Below are positions 12,074-25,035 of a stretch of 64,000 bases of DNA, piece after piece (the stretch's first letter is position 1; each line of letters opens with the position of its first letter). The translations under genes were made by a program, and so were the position numbers. The notes under the pieces are model-generated. The model was not told the DNA's origin and did not search any database. It saw only the letters and a program-made list of their open reading frames with translations. The DNA is from Camelus dromedarius (Eukaryota). The stretch is from assembly GCF_036321535.1 (NCBI RefSeq), contig NC_087472.1, positions 98,086,001 to 98,150,000 on the forward strand, given 5' to 3'.

Positions 12074-13878
12074 CTACAAGGAAATATGCAAAGAAGCAGG
12101 TCAAAACCAAAAAGCTCCAGACAGGTTTTCTAGGCCATAAGAAACAGTTCAGTGCTAAACACGGTGGGGAAAAGGCTCCTTTCAGCTTGATTCCATGCTC
12201 TGGCCACATTTCTTTTCCTGAGAAAATGCCTTTTTTCCCCCCATTGCTAGAAGGAAACTAACCATTTCTTTCCTTGAGAACAATTTGATGGCTCAGTTTT
12301 AAAAAGATTATATGGGGAAAAGAATTTGCCATAGGTTATGACTAATAACTTAACTGCAGATACTATATTAGCCCAGTCTCATCAAGGTTGCAACTAATTT
12401 TAATAGTTTACTAAGGGTTTGAGAAAAACAAGCCAAGGCATGGGCTGTGTACTTCAGACAAGTACTGCAGAAGAAAGTGAACAGTTGAAAAAGACACTGT
12501 TAACAGAGAAACAGGCAGGGAGAGCCAGCACCCTAAAGGACACTTTTCTGACACAAATCAGACTTAGCACAGGACCCCAGTTCTCTCCAAATTAGAGCCA
12601 GTGCTTAAATCAAATGCTTGGCTGTTCTCTGTCATCTTCCTCCTCTCATCTCTCCTCCCTGACAGCTCAGAAAAGTCTTCAGTTATTTCCAATCTAAAAT
12701 GGTAGGTCGAAAGGGGCTGCAACAGAAAGGCTATCTTCTGAAAGACCTGTTTCAAAGTCTTCCAACAGTGAGACCACACCCACACTGATGACCTGTTTGC
12801 CCTGGCTTTTCTTCGAGCATACATGGGTCAGCAGAGAGGACTGGGGGAGTGGAGCTGTGTAGAGATGCTCACATTTAACTTCACAGGTCCACACGGAGCA
12901 GTCTGGGGAGGACCTGCCTGTCTAGGGGTGCAAATCCCTGGAAATGCCATTCTCCTGCACAGATGCTTCAGTTTTCCTAATAGGACACTAAAGAAAGAAT
13001 AAAATATTAGGTTTGGCACCAAAATTAAGTTTTCCATTTGAGTTTATAGGATTGTAAATCCTTTTTTGGCATTAATTCTGGAAGGAAAGAAGTTTAGATG
13101 TTTCCTTGGTTCTAGAATGAACTGTCGGCAGAAGTTTTTTTTGTTTAATAAGTTTTCAGCTCTGTTTTCAGTTCAATAACAGTTGTAAGAGAGCTGTAAA
13201 TCAGTGGGCTGGGTTCCATCATATGTAAATAAGAACAAACAGCAGATGGAAGGGGGAGGACTTCACAGTTATTTCTTCCCAACTTGGTAAAAATATTAAA
13301 AGAAAAGAAATCTGAACTTGGGATTGGGGCATGATAAAAACATGAGATGACAGAAGGGAAATCATTAAGTCACTGGCTCTTAACCCTGTCTGTACACTGG
13401 AGTCTTTGGGAGGAGCTTTAAACAAACCTGAGGCCTGAGCCTCAGGGTGCTGAATGACGTCACTGTTGCAATGTGAGGCCGGAGCACTAGGATTTTAAAG
13501 CCCCCCGGGTACTCTACTGCGCAGCCAGGATGAAGACTCACTGGGCTAAGGGAAGCCCTTATTTTACAGACAAGGAAATTAACAGCCAAGAGAGTCCACA
13601 ATCTGTCCTAGCTCTTACAGGTATGGAGGGTCAGAGCCAGGACCTGATCACAAAGCTAAATGACAGTTGTGAGCTCAGAACTTCCAGGAGCAACAGAGGT
13701 GTTCCTCATAAATCAGAGGAAAATACTAAGAAAGTAGAAGAAAACCAAGAGATGCAGCAGTGACAATTTCAAACAGAAACCCCACAGAAGGAGGGTGCTA
13801 AACCAACCAGGAAATCTTCAGGGACTACATTTTTTGCCTGTGCAGCCACCAGCACCCATTAAGTCTTTATGACATCAC

Positions 13879-14382
13879 TGTAGGGGAGCAAAATTTGCCA
13901 CTCTAAAATATGTTTCTTTGGTATATCGTTTTAAGCTGATTATTTCCTGAGAAACAGCAGATATGGGAAGAGATCTGGGAACCAAGTAGGAGTCACTCTT
14001 TTATGAGAAACATCTATATCCGTGTCTCCCTCTCTGTACCCAGAAGAGGAAGATGACCAAATCTGGGGAAATTTATCAATGGGGAAGGCAGTGACCTGAA
14101 TCTGCATCACAATCACCTTGCTTATTGTGCTTTTCCTGATAATCTCCCGTAGCTGATTCTCCTCCACCCCCAACATCCTCTGTTTTTAGCTGAAGATGGT
14201 ATATAAGGTGAGGGCTCGGGTCATTTTGATGAGTTACTCAGTTTTCCCAGGTCTCTCCCACATACACATGTTATTAAACTTTGTATGGTTTTCTCCTGTT
14301 AATATGTTTCATGTCAATGTAACTCTGAGGCCAGACAGAAGAACTCACAGAAGGGCAGAGGGAAATTTCTTCCTCCCTGACA
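13879..14382 (+). mobile_element. MER34A-like ERV1 solo LTR
   Basis: TG...CA termini (tgtagggg...ccctgaca); 4-bp TSD tcac/tcat; attaaa poly(A) signal near 14273. Confidence 0.85.
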
Positions 14383-14624
14383 TCATCATGCAGCAACACA
14401 CATCAGCCAGCCCATCACCTTCACATAAAAAGAGAAACAGTATCTTCCCAAACAAGGGAGGAGCAATAGGAATGGAAACAAATGGGTGTGTTCATTAATT
14501 CACCAACCAAATCAACAGAACCAGGTGATTGATTTTATGTGGGGAGGTGAGGAATAGGAGGGAACAGTCAGATTCATTTTCAGGCTTCAGGCATAGGCAA
14601 CTAGGTGGATACTGCCACCATTTT

Positions 14625-14905
14625 CTTTTTCTTTCCTTTGTTTTTATTTTGTTTTGTTTTTGTGTGGTTTTTTTTTTTTTTTTTTTGCATTTAAAAAAAT
14701 TGAGGTATAACTGACATACATTATATTAGTTTCAGATGTACAACATGATTCGCTATTTGTATATATTATGAAATGATCGCAACAATATATCTAGTTAACA
14801 TTCATCACCACATATAGTTACAGAAATCTTTTTCCCTTGTGATAACTTTTTAGATCTACTCTCTTAGCAACTTTCAAACATGCAATTCAGCATTATAAAC
14901 CACAG
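14625..14905 (-). mobile_element. L1MA9-like 3' end with T-rich tail
   Basis: Poly-T followed by ttgaggtataactgacata..tcagatgtacaacatgattc..ctctcttagcaactttcaa. Confidence 0.8.
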
Positions 14906-15179
14906 TCACTGGGAGAGAAAGAGGGCTGAGGACAGAGGCCAGACCTCAGGGGGAAGTGGAGACATCAAGTCTAGATGACCCAGTCGAGGAGGGCTGTCTA
15001 GGAAAGAGAGAAAGCAAAGACAGGGCACAAGGGGATATAGGGTTAAGAGAGGGTTCTGAGGGTGTTGTGTTTGGGTTGTGTGCATCTGTTTGTTGCTGCT
15101 GCAGCTGTGGTTGTTGATCATGTGAGAGATTTTACCATATTTAAATATTGATGGACATTCAACAAGAAGACAACTTGCT

Positions 15180-15490
15180 TTAAAAAACATGAGCCAAAAA
15201 CCTTAACAGACATATCACTGAAGAAGACCTACAGATGGCAAATAAACATGAAAAGATGCTCCATATCACATGTTATCAGGGAAATGCAAACTAAAACAAT
15301 GAGATATCACTACACACCGATTAGAATGGCCAAAGTCCACAACACTGACAATACCAAGTGCTGACGAGGATGTGGGCCACTCACAGCTGGTGGGAATGCT
15401 AAACAGTAGAGCCATTTTAGAAGACAGTTTGGTAGCTTTGTTACAAAACTAAACATACTTTTACCATACAATCCAGCCATCACATTCTTT
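15180..15490 (+). mobile_element. L1M ORF2-end/3'UTR fragment; its extreme 3' end appears at 15999-16050
   Basis: aagaagacctacagatggcaaataaacatgaaaagatgctc..gggaaatgcaaactaaaacaatgagata; aacctaaaactgctctaaaaa after the LTR. Confidence 0.8.
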
Positions 15491-15998
15491 GGTGTAAGGA
15501 TTATCTCAAGCTTTGGTGTAAGGATTATCTCAAGCTGATTATTTTCAAGAAACAGCACACAGGAAAAGCTCTGAAAACCAAGAGGTTACCCTCTTGGAAG
15601 AGATAACTGCATTTATAAGGGAAATTTGCACCCGTAAGGGTGTCTCCCTCTCTGTACCAGGAAGAGGAAGTTGACTAAATCTCTAGAAACTTATCAGTGG
15701 AGAAGTCAAAACTTAAATCTGTGTACAACCAGAACCCTTGTTTACTGTGCTTTTCCTGATAACCTCCCTTAACTGCTCCCCCACCCCCAAACATCTTCTT
15801 TGTCTTTTGCTGGAGATGGTATTTAAGGTGTTTGGGCCATTTTAGGAAGCTACTCAGTTTTCCTGGGTCTCTCTCATGTATACAGCAGATACACATGTTA
15901 TTAAACTTGTTTTTCTCCTCTTATTTGTCTTTTTATTACAGGAAGGTCTCAGCTAAGAACCTAGAAGGGGAGAGGGAATTTTTTTTCCTCCTCCTACA
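15487..15998 (+). mobile_element. 5'-truncated MER34A-like LTR inside L1
   Basis: aggattat..gctgattattttcaagaaacagc..gtgtctccctctctgtaccaggaagagg...ctcctaca; same family as 13879, 20321 and 30475. Confidence 0.85.
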
Positions 15999-16447
15999 TT
16001 GCAAACCTAAAACTGCTCTAAAAAAAAATTAAGTCTTTAAAAAAAAAATAAAGTCTTTTGCAGGAAAGAAAAATTTTAAAAAAGGAAGAAAAACAATGGA
16101 AATGATCCAGTAAAGAGGAGGTGGTGAAAACACAGGAGAAAAAACAAAAGACACGTATGGTCCCTGAGAGGGCAAAGGGGGATGGGATTCAGGGAATATA
16201 TGGAAGGATTCACCTGAGACATGAGACAGGATTATGAGAGGTGAGGATTATGAGAGGCGAGGAGCATAAAATGATGGACAGGAACGTAGAAGAATCTACA
16301 GATAAGACGGTGGAAAGGTGAGAGTCCTAGCAGAATGGCATGTCTTTTCTCTATGAAATAGGAGCAAGATCATCTGCTAAAAGGAAGGTCTCTCTAAAAA
16401 GTTCCATCTCCTCACACACAGCTATCTGCATCCTGGCAGCATGAACA

Positions 16448-16858
16448 TGTGAAGGAAAAACGGGGCTGGTCTAACAAGATAACTCACAAATCTAAGTATT
16501 GGAATACTGATCTGAGTTCTGCTAGACTAACTTGTAAATCTAGGTTAATTAGTGTTGGTTTGCTGTTTATGTTTTTTGCTACCAGCTGGGTTTTCAAAGA
16601 TACATATCTGGCTTTGGAATGTTGGTTTGCTGCCTCCCCGCCTCCACTTTTGTGATGACAATGCTGCTAAAGCTGTTCCATGCCTATTGGCCAAATACCC
16701 CAAGCTTGTACTTTACCCATAAAACCTCATGTGCACATCTTGAAGGTGCTCAGAGCTTTGGAGCAGAAGCCCCTCTGAGCCCACCGGCGTAATACATCTG
16801 AGTACTCCAACCCTCCGAGTGGTGCTTGTTTCTTGACTGGCCTGTCGTTTCTGTAACA
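16448..16858 (+). mobile_element. ERV1-like solo LTR (411 bp)
   Basis: TG...CA termini; perfect 4-bp TSD aaca; cataaaa TATA-like box; 3' end ...ctgtaaca. Confidence 0.85.
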
Positions 16859-17493
16859 AACATACTGGTAGGAAGAGGGGTATTCACAGATGAGGACAAA
16901 GAGGGCAATGAAAGGTTTCCTCTCAACACCCTATCCAAAATGTCACCATAATAGAAAGCCCCTAAAGAATATGTAAAAAGCTGAATATATCCAAGGAAAA
17001 TATTTATATGAAGGAGTACAAAAGCTAATCTGCTTTCACAATGGTTGAAAATAAATTAGTTAATCAAATAAAACAAGCACTCTCCAAGCCAAAGAGATCT
17101 TGGCAAATGTGTATTTTGGAATTTGGGGATTTTCACGGTGAATCTTAAGGTCATTTTGCCTCTATTCTCTTTGGAGCATTTTTATGAAGTATGGATTATT
17201 ATTAAAATAGGCTGAGTGCTTCCAGATACCTCTCCCTAAGTACCTTGGTTTCTTAGGACTCTCCTTGGCCATTCCTGGGTGATAACAATGGCTTTTTAAT
17301 TCATTAACATTTTAATCATTTTGCATAGTTTTCAAAGCTCTCTGTCTGTACCTTGCTGATTGGCATTCCAAATGGAAATATAGTGACAAAAACATTTCAG
17401 CCTATTGCTGGGATGAAGAATGACTAACAGTTGATTCATATGCAGCTCCCTTCCTCCTCTTCCTTTCCTTCTTGCACCCTTCCCTCCCCTTAC

Positions 17494-17926
17494 TGAGACA
17501 GGAGGAAAGGGGACAGGGCACAACCACTGAAGGAATGACACAGCCATTGAGGACAGGACAACTGTTTAGAACCAAGATGGTGGAGGATTCTACTTCCAGT
17601 AGACTTTGAGCCTCATGGCACACCCACAGGCGCCATGACAATTTCCAGACCAAAGGTCAAAAACTGGGCGGGGGCCTGATTCCTGGAACTCTCCACCCCT
17701 TCCCCCAAAATAGGTGGAATAATCCTCCTACTTGTTAGCAATATGAAATTACTGAGCCCATGAAAACTAACAACCCCACTCACGGTCGCTCTCGCTCTCT
17801 CTTGCCATCTGAGACTCTGTCTATGGAGTACATATCTCCCAGAATAAACTTGCTTTTACTTTACTATGCCTCGCTCTTGAATTCTTTCCTGTGCGACAAA
17901 ACAAGAACTTATATTCTCCAACATCA
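17494..17926 (+). mobile_element. ERV1-like solo LTR (433 bp)
   Basis: TG...CA termini; perfect 4-bp TSD ttac; aataaa near 17843 followed by ctcgctcttgaattctttcctg. Confidence 0.88.
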
Positions 17927-18008
17927 TTACCACCTCTAACTTCCCTAAACCTGCGCTTTGATAACTCAATCTTTTTGTGACCCTCTTACAGATGTAAAAA
18001 TCGAAGCA

Positions 18009-18328
18009 CAGTCAGCCCTCTGTATCTGCAGGTTCCACAACCATGGATTCAAACAAACACAAATTGAAAATATTTAGGGAAAAAAATTTCAGAAAGCTCC
18101 AAAAACCAGAACTCGAATTTGCAGCCTGCCAGCAACTATTGTTATAGCATTTGTATTGTACTAGATACTATAAGTAACACAGAGAGACGATTTAAAGTAT
18201 ATGGGAGGATATGTGTAGGTTATACACAAATATTACACCATTTTATATTAGGGACTTGAGCATCCACAGATTTTGGTATCCGCAGGGGGTCCTGGAATCA
18301 ATCACCCGCGAATGCAGAGGGATGGCTG
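18009..18328 (-). mobile_element. MER2/MER2B-like Tigger MITE
   Basis: Terminal inverted repeats cagtcagccctctgtat / atgcagagggatggctg with TA at the right flank; gggacttgagcatccacagattttggtatcc core. Confidence 0.85.
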
Positions 18329-19372
18329 TAATCGCTCTCCTTTTTTCTTTCCCTGTGAGCCTCGGCTGGTCTCTGCCCTAGTCCTCTGAGGCACCACCAC
18401 TCCCCATCCCAGGCCCCATCACAGATTTTCAGTTTTTTCTTTTTGCACATGTTACAGATTTATTGTATAACATTTTCTGTGAAATGGTACTGAACTACCT
18501 CAGGAGACTTTAAGAACAAGGGAAATCTCTGAAGGTGATTAATGTCATTACTTGGCATGTCAATGCAAATAAGAGAAATAATGATTTTAGTATGCTGGAT
18601 CTAGAAGATAAATTACCGAACACTTCTGATTTTTATCTTCAGACTACTTTACACCATCACATAATAACATCACCTTCAGTCAAGTCATGTTCCCTGAGGC
18701 AGAAAAAGCCTGATATAATTTTTAAATAAGAAAAAAAGACAGAAATACTATTTCTTCACCAAAACTTGACCTAATGCCCCAACCAGCCAGCCTATAACAT
18801 TAATAGAAATCACCTAAATTGGAAGTCATAAGGTGAAGTTATCCATAGAAAATATTTATTTAGAGTCAAAAATCAAAACATAACATATAAAAATTAACCC
18901 AAGTGTTATGGTAAAATTTGCCACATTCAGGATAAGAGTCCTCCAGGTAAAGCAGCATTTTGTTAAGCATCTACTTCTTTCAGATTTTACGAATCCACAC
19001 TGAAAACAGAGCTCATTTGGTCAGCCTATGGGCAGTTGGTAATTGTTTTTCTCAATGTTATTTAAAAGTGGTTTTCCCTTTTCACTCTTTGCATCCAGGG
19101 TTTTGCCCATAGCATCCTACATCAGACACCAGACCCTGGTGAGTCCCAAATGCATATGCATACATCTGTTACCTTTCCAGCAAAGGTTTTTTTTAAAAAG
19201 AGATTCTTCTGAGTTAGTACATTAAAACTGTCTCAACTATTCCTCTTTTGACCCCTCTTTACCCCTTCTCCCCTCACTTAGACATCGGAACTTTGTGTTC
19301 TATACAAATGGATCAAGATGGGTTTATTAATGCATTTGAAGGGACATATGCCAATATTGCTTTGAGAATAAG

Positions 19373-20019
19373 TGAAACCAAGCTGGGCCTTGAAGGGCCT
19401 TCCTGGTGACAGACCCCTCTGTGTTCCCTGCTTCTTGTTTGAAGAAAAAGCTTTAGTCTCCCAGACCTTCCCCAAGTTCCAAACAGCAGACTCAAGCAGT
19501 TAATGATGAGAGAAATGAGGGAATGCATAAACAAAGGAAAATCAATCAAGCAAAAAGTAATGATAGTTTACGTAATAGTTCAGAAACAGAGTCACAGGAC
19601 TCTTAGTTCCTGCTCAAGAGATATAAATAACAATCTGCCACATAACCTTGAGGTGGTTTATAGAAACCAAGACCCCACCAGATGGAAACCACTGACCACA
19701 AGCATGTAGACCCCAGACTATCTGGAACCAGAACACTGATGACTGAGATTCTTATAACATCACTGTTATCTCACCACCAACCAATCAGAAGAATGTCAAT
19801 GAGCTGATCACACACTCTGCGACCCTCACTCCTAATGTTTCCTTTAAAACCTTTGTCCAAAATCCATCAAGGAGTATGGGTCTTGTGAGAATTACCTGCC
19901 TACTCTCTTTGCTTGGCACCCTGCAAATAAATGCTGTACTTTCATTCACCACAATCCAGCATCAGTAGACTGACTTTGCTGCACATCGGGGGAGCAAATT
20001 CAAGTTCAGTTCGATAACA
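19373..20019 (+). mobile_element. ERV1-like solo LTR (~650 bp)
   Basis: TG...CA termini; flanks taag/gaag; ccaatc, tttaaaa and aataaa in U3-R order; 3' end ttcgataaca. Confidence 0.82.
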
Positions 20020-20320
20020 GAAGAGGTCAGTTCACCTCACTGTCAGTTGTAGTTTCCTCCAAAGCTTTGTCTCTGGCAATAAAGAAATCCTACACGGCCA
20101 ACTAAGATCCTACCTCATACCTATGAATCCAAAACACTTAAATCCACGCTTTCAGTCCCTTCTCTGAGTTCCTGTTAGTCTTATAATCAGAACAATATAG
20201 ATGTGTGTTTAATTGCCATTATATTTATTTGGTCTCCCCAACAAATCCACAACCTGTGAGAACAGGAATCATGATTTAGATCAAATGAGATCATGGACAT
20301 GTAAGCAAACTAAAAACTGT

Positions 20321-20857
20321 TGAAGGAGAGCAGAATTTGCCACCCCAAAACACACATTCTTGGCATGAGGATTATTTTACATTTTAGGCTGATTATTTTT
20401 AGGAAACAGCAGTCTAAGAGAAGCTCAGAAAATGAAAAAGTTGCCCTTTTATAAGGAGGATTTACATTTATAAGGGAAATCATCATTTGAAAGAGTATCT
20501 TCCTCTGTACTCTGAAGATGTCATGATTAAATCTCTAGATGCTCTTATCAACAGAGAAGGCAAGACTTAAATCTGTGTAACAACCATACCCTTGTTTACT
20601 ATTCTTTGCCCAGTAATCTCCCATAACTGGCTTCCCTCCTCCACAACATCTTTTGACTCTTGAGATGGTATTTCAGAAGATGGCGTGGGCCATTTGGGGG
20701 AGTTAGGTAGTCCTCCCAGGTCTCACCCACGTATACAGGAAGTATACATGCTATAAAACGTCTGTTTCCTGATAATCCGTCTTTTTTTTTTTTCATTACA
20801 GAGGGGTCTCAGACAAGAACGTAGAAGGGTAAAGAGAAAAATGTTTCTTCCCCTACA
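20321..20857 (+). mobile_element. MER34A-like ERV1 solo LTR
   Basis: tgaaggagagcagaatttgccaccccaaaa...ttcccctaca; flanks ctgt/gtgt. Confidence 0.85.
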
Positions 20858-23104
20858 GTGTTCTGCAAATTTTATGTTGTTAATTTTATGATTTCATATT
20901 TTTTTGTTATGATTTCATATCTTATACTGTTAGTTTTATGATTTCATATCTCACATGATACGACATTGCACATGATATGATTTCGTATCTCACATAATAC
21001 ATATATAGATGTGGGTATCTAGCAAAGAAGTAAAATTTAATCAAATATCATGTTAGTATACAACAGTTATTCCAGCAGTTATTCCAAATATAAACTTTAA
21101 TGGAAATCAAATGACTCCGTAAGTTAGTCCAGTCCATCTGAGACTGATGATGACAATGTAGTACAGGACAGATAGTTAAGAATGGATTAAAAAACATATA
21201 TACACACACACACACACGAGAGTGTGTGTATATCTGATAGAAATAGCTGTTGGCTGATAGAGTTCATAAAGAAAAAGAAAAAATCTTCAAGTTTAATTAT
21301 GTGTATTAATCTTAAAATAATGTAATTTTAATGAAATTCTTAAAAGGCCTTATGTTGAAGAGATTTTTCTCCTTAATATATTCAGAAGTTATAAATAGTA
21401 TCTTAATAAAACATAATATTAAAAAGTCTCCAATCTCCCCATTGGTCTAGAGCAGGACATGGCTCTTTAAGTTGTAACCACTTGATTAGTGAATGTGAGA
21501 AATGAAAATTATTATCAACAATTCATGTGACTAACTGAAGGAATAGGCTCTAATCTAGGGGAAGTTCCTAAAACTTTTCTTTCTGGCAACTGTCACTTTA
21601 CTAGAAATACAGACATTAAATATATCAATGTACTAATAAATATTAACTGTCCACTGACTCATAATTTATACTGTAACTATTTATAAAAATGAGTTTGAAT
21701 TGGTTCCTGATAAAAAATATAATAAAGGCATTGAATTAACAAGTAAAGAAGAGATCCATATTAAGGTTGGGAAAGTAGTAGAGTCAGAAAAACTAAGAAT
21801 AGTTAGAAAATGCTGAGGTTTCTGGCAGCCACGTGAGCTATAAAACAAATCATATCAATTTGTCAGGATTAACAAACTTGCAAAGCTATTAAAAATGCTG
21901 GCAAAAGGGAAAAAAAAGAATATCAGGTTATTTTGGCCCCAGATATGCTATAAAGCTATGTGCTAGTCTGGTGGTGCAGGAGTTTAGCATGTCCTTTTAC
22001 CAAAAAGCATAAGGCTAGGGTGGAGGTAATAAAAGTAAATCATATTTACTGGGTATGAACAGATAGACTGTGTTCTAATTTTATAACTCATATTTTTCTA
22101 TTTCCTACTTTCCCACTCTGAGACGAAATGGATCAGAGAGTAGAATAATATTTCGAAATCAACCAGTCTCAAAAAAAAAAAAAAAAAAAAAGAAGTCAAC
22201 CAATCTCACAATGGTCTAGTCCTTTGGCTATGGATAAACTCCCTCCAGCAAGGAATTCTGCTTGGTCACTTCCAAAACTCAGCTCTGTTGCAGGGTCCAA
22301 GTGCTTTCTTTCAGTTAATGAATTTCCAGTACAAGGTCTTCATGGCCCACAGGTCTGATCAGATCTGCTTGAAAAGACTGTGGCTGATAATATGTGACAA
22401 AGGCAACAGTGTCCAGCGTTACCCAGAGATGGAGATGACAAACAAGAACATTGGGCCAAATGTGTCATCACCGTGACAGCACAGTTGAGGACAAGGGTAC
22501 AAGCAGTGTCCACACTTATTTCGAAAGAATTCCCAATGAGCTTTCTAAATTACTTGTTTTGCTGGATGTCATTTTACCAAAAGATGCTTAAAAAGAGCTG
22601 TCAGGATTGGGGTCTGATGACATCTGCTATAATAAGATTTAGCCCACATAGAGTTGTGAAACCTGGATCTGTTATAGAAATTATATTTGGCTCCTTGCGT
22701 AGTTTCATGAGACTCTCCTATGAGACAGATTTAGCATTAAATGATAGGGCAGGTTCTGGAACGTGGCCAGGGCACTAGCATTAAAAGGACCTTTATCCCA
22801 ACCGGAAGCTACTGCACTGGGCACGTATGGAGGAGTAGACCAGCCAACCCCTCAGGCAGCTCCCTCACCCTCACTCTGTTGAAGATAAATTAGAAAGAAG
22901 AGATTGCAGTGCAGGAGAGCTGCCACAGTTCTTTGACGGTGTGAATTCTCCCCTCAGGATTAGCCTTGGGCACGGAACACAGCACTAACAGTAGCTGACA
23001 TCCCCAGGCACGCATGGTGCTATGCCTTCTACATGGATTATCTCACGCAGGCCTCATCAGAAACTAGCCAGGTAGGCACTGTTTGTATCCCTATCTACAA
23101 CTCA

Positions 23105-23590
23105 CTGCAGCAGCGGCTTTAACTCTATACCCCCTTGCCTCTAGCCACGGCCTCTGCTGTGAGATCTTTAGCTAAATACGCAGAGTCTGCTTCCCCCTCT
23201 GTCGATCTGGACTGGCCGCGTGGCTTGGTTTGGACAACAGAATGCAGAAATGACATTATGCCAGTTCTGAGCCTGGGCCTCAGGAAGCCTCATGTGCCTC
23301 AGCAGGCTCACCTGCACATCTGCCATGGCAGGGAGAACGTGCCCAGGCTAGCCGGCTAATGGAGGTAAAGCACATGGAGCAGAGCCGAGTCATCCTGATC
23401 CCCTCTGCCGAAGCCAGCTAAAACCAGCCAACCCCCAGACATTCAAGAAGTCTAGCCAAGATAAGCAGAGCTGCCCAGGGGACAACCAAGTGACTCCAGA
23501 TGCATCAGCCATAACTGCTGATTGGTGAAGGCCACTGAAGCTTTGAGAGTGGTACCCAGCATTACTACTGTAGCAGCAGAAACTCATGTA
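23105..23590. mobile_element. MLT1 (MaLR) LTR inserted into a MIR (MIR halves ~22985-23100 and ~23595-23650)
   Basis: ggacaacagaatgcagaaatgac..gccagttctgagcctgggcctcaggaagcc..aagccactgaag; MIR text resumes on both sides. Confidence 0.75.
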
Positions 23591-24575
23591 TCATCAGACA
23601 GAGACACAAAGAGGGTAATTTGCCCAAACTGAGAAGAGTATAGCTGGGCTATGAGACGCTAACTCAAGCTTTCAGAAAATCAGATATAACTTCTCCATGA
23701 GGTCAATATTAAAGCCCTTTAAAACTCAAATCATTTGGTTTGCCTTAATTCAGACAGGTCTTCCGTAAAGACCCAGAGAAACTGATCCTGACATTATAGC
23801 TGATACCATTAACTAGGCAAACAGAAACAGGGACACTTGATAGCCGGGTAGAATACCCTTTCTTTGTAGGAGCTGTGTTGAAGGAAGCTTTATCTTTATC
23901 AGTACAATGGCTGGACTGAGAGCAACCCTTGAGAAGCAGCATCCTCAAGGAGTGAAGAACCCCTCAGTATAAGGGCATTGCTGTAATGCATGACACTGAC
24001 TTTCATGTGACTTCTGCCACTAACGTTAGAGTTACATCTCATTTACTCAACCACTGAGAGAAACGGTGAGCAGGGGAATTGAAGAACTTGAATATTAATG
24101 GCAGTAAATCAATTCAATTATCTCAGCTAACTAATGAGGTGAACTCCTAGTGTAGGGAGGTTGCAAGTTCAAACTCCACCACTGCTATTGGACCCATGTG
24201 GGTACTTAAGTCTTTGGCACCAGCTGCAGCAGTATGGGGTGGGAGGAGAAAACTGTTATTAGGGTAAGAATTACTACCAGAATTGCTCATGCAGAGCACT
24301 CAGAGAATTGGAAGATACTGCAGGTCATCTATGGCATTACTTGGGGACATGAACAATGTCCTTACCACAAAGGGAAAAAGGAATAAGATGCTAGAGTGCA
24401 GGAGAAATCAGTGAATTGTTTTACACACTAAGTAAAGTTTTAATTTTTCATTTAATAAAGTCTAAATCTGAAGGATAATGAAAGATTCATTCCTCTTCAA
24501 CTAAATTAACCTTCTGCATACAGAATGTTTTAATGTATAATAAGAGACAGGTGACTTTACCTTTGATTTGAGGGT

Positions 24576-25035
24576 TGAGAAAGAGTCTCTCTTTAACCAA
24601 ACTTCAGTCCAGTTCCTTTGAGCCCTTCTCGACCAGGCCTCAACCTTGGCCCCATCCTGTCCTCGCCAGGTTTGCATGGCCCAGTTTTAGCAAGAATTCT
24701 GGTAAGTCAATTCAGAGAGAATTCCCTCCACCCTTGATATCTGAGCACCCTCCATGCCTGGTCAAATTCTTTATATCCCACCCGTGACATCTCAGCACCC
24801 TGGCCTGCCTTCAGCAAAAGTCGCCTGACCCCTGAAGGTTTCCTCGTAGTAATTTCCCACCCACTGGCCCTCTCACTCTGCTCATTGGCCATAAATCCCC
24901 AGCTGTCCTTGTCATATTCAGAGTTGAGCCCAATCTCTCTCCCCTACTTTGAAAGTCTTAACACCCTTTGCAATAGTTGTGAATAAAGTCTTCCTTATCA
25001 TTTTAACAGGTATCAGAATAATGTTTTCTTTAACA
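24576..25035 (+). mobile_element. MER31-like ERV1 solo LTR
   Basis: tgagaaagagtctctctttaaccaaacttcagtc...aataaagtcttcctt...aatgttttctttaaca. Confidence 0.8.

Noticed and set aside
11776..12261. 161-aa + strand ORF and neighbours
   Set aside because: Antisense shadow across PHEX exon 12, non-ATG start, no recognisable protein.
13879..20857. Full-length provirus between same-family LTRs
   Set aside because: Each complete LTR has its own TSD; no PBS, PPT or gag/pol/env was seen; the intervening DNA is other repeats and unique intron.
20870..21000. CRISPR-like repeat/spacer array
   Set aside because: Mammalian intron; repeats are short and degenerate, spacers are self-similar, and there are no cas genes.
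21195..21233. (TA)(CA)n...(TG)n(TA) hairpin as a possible miRNA
   Set aside because: Simple microsatellite self-complementarity, and too short.
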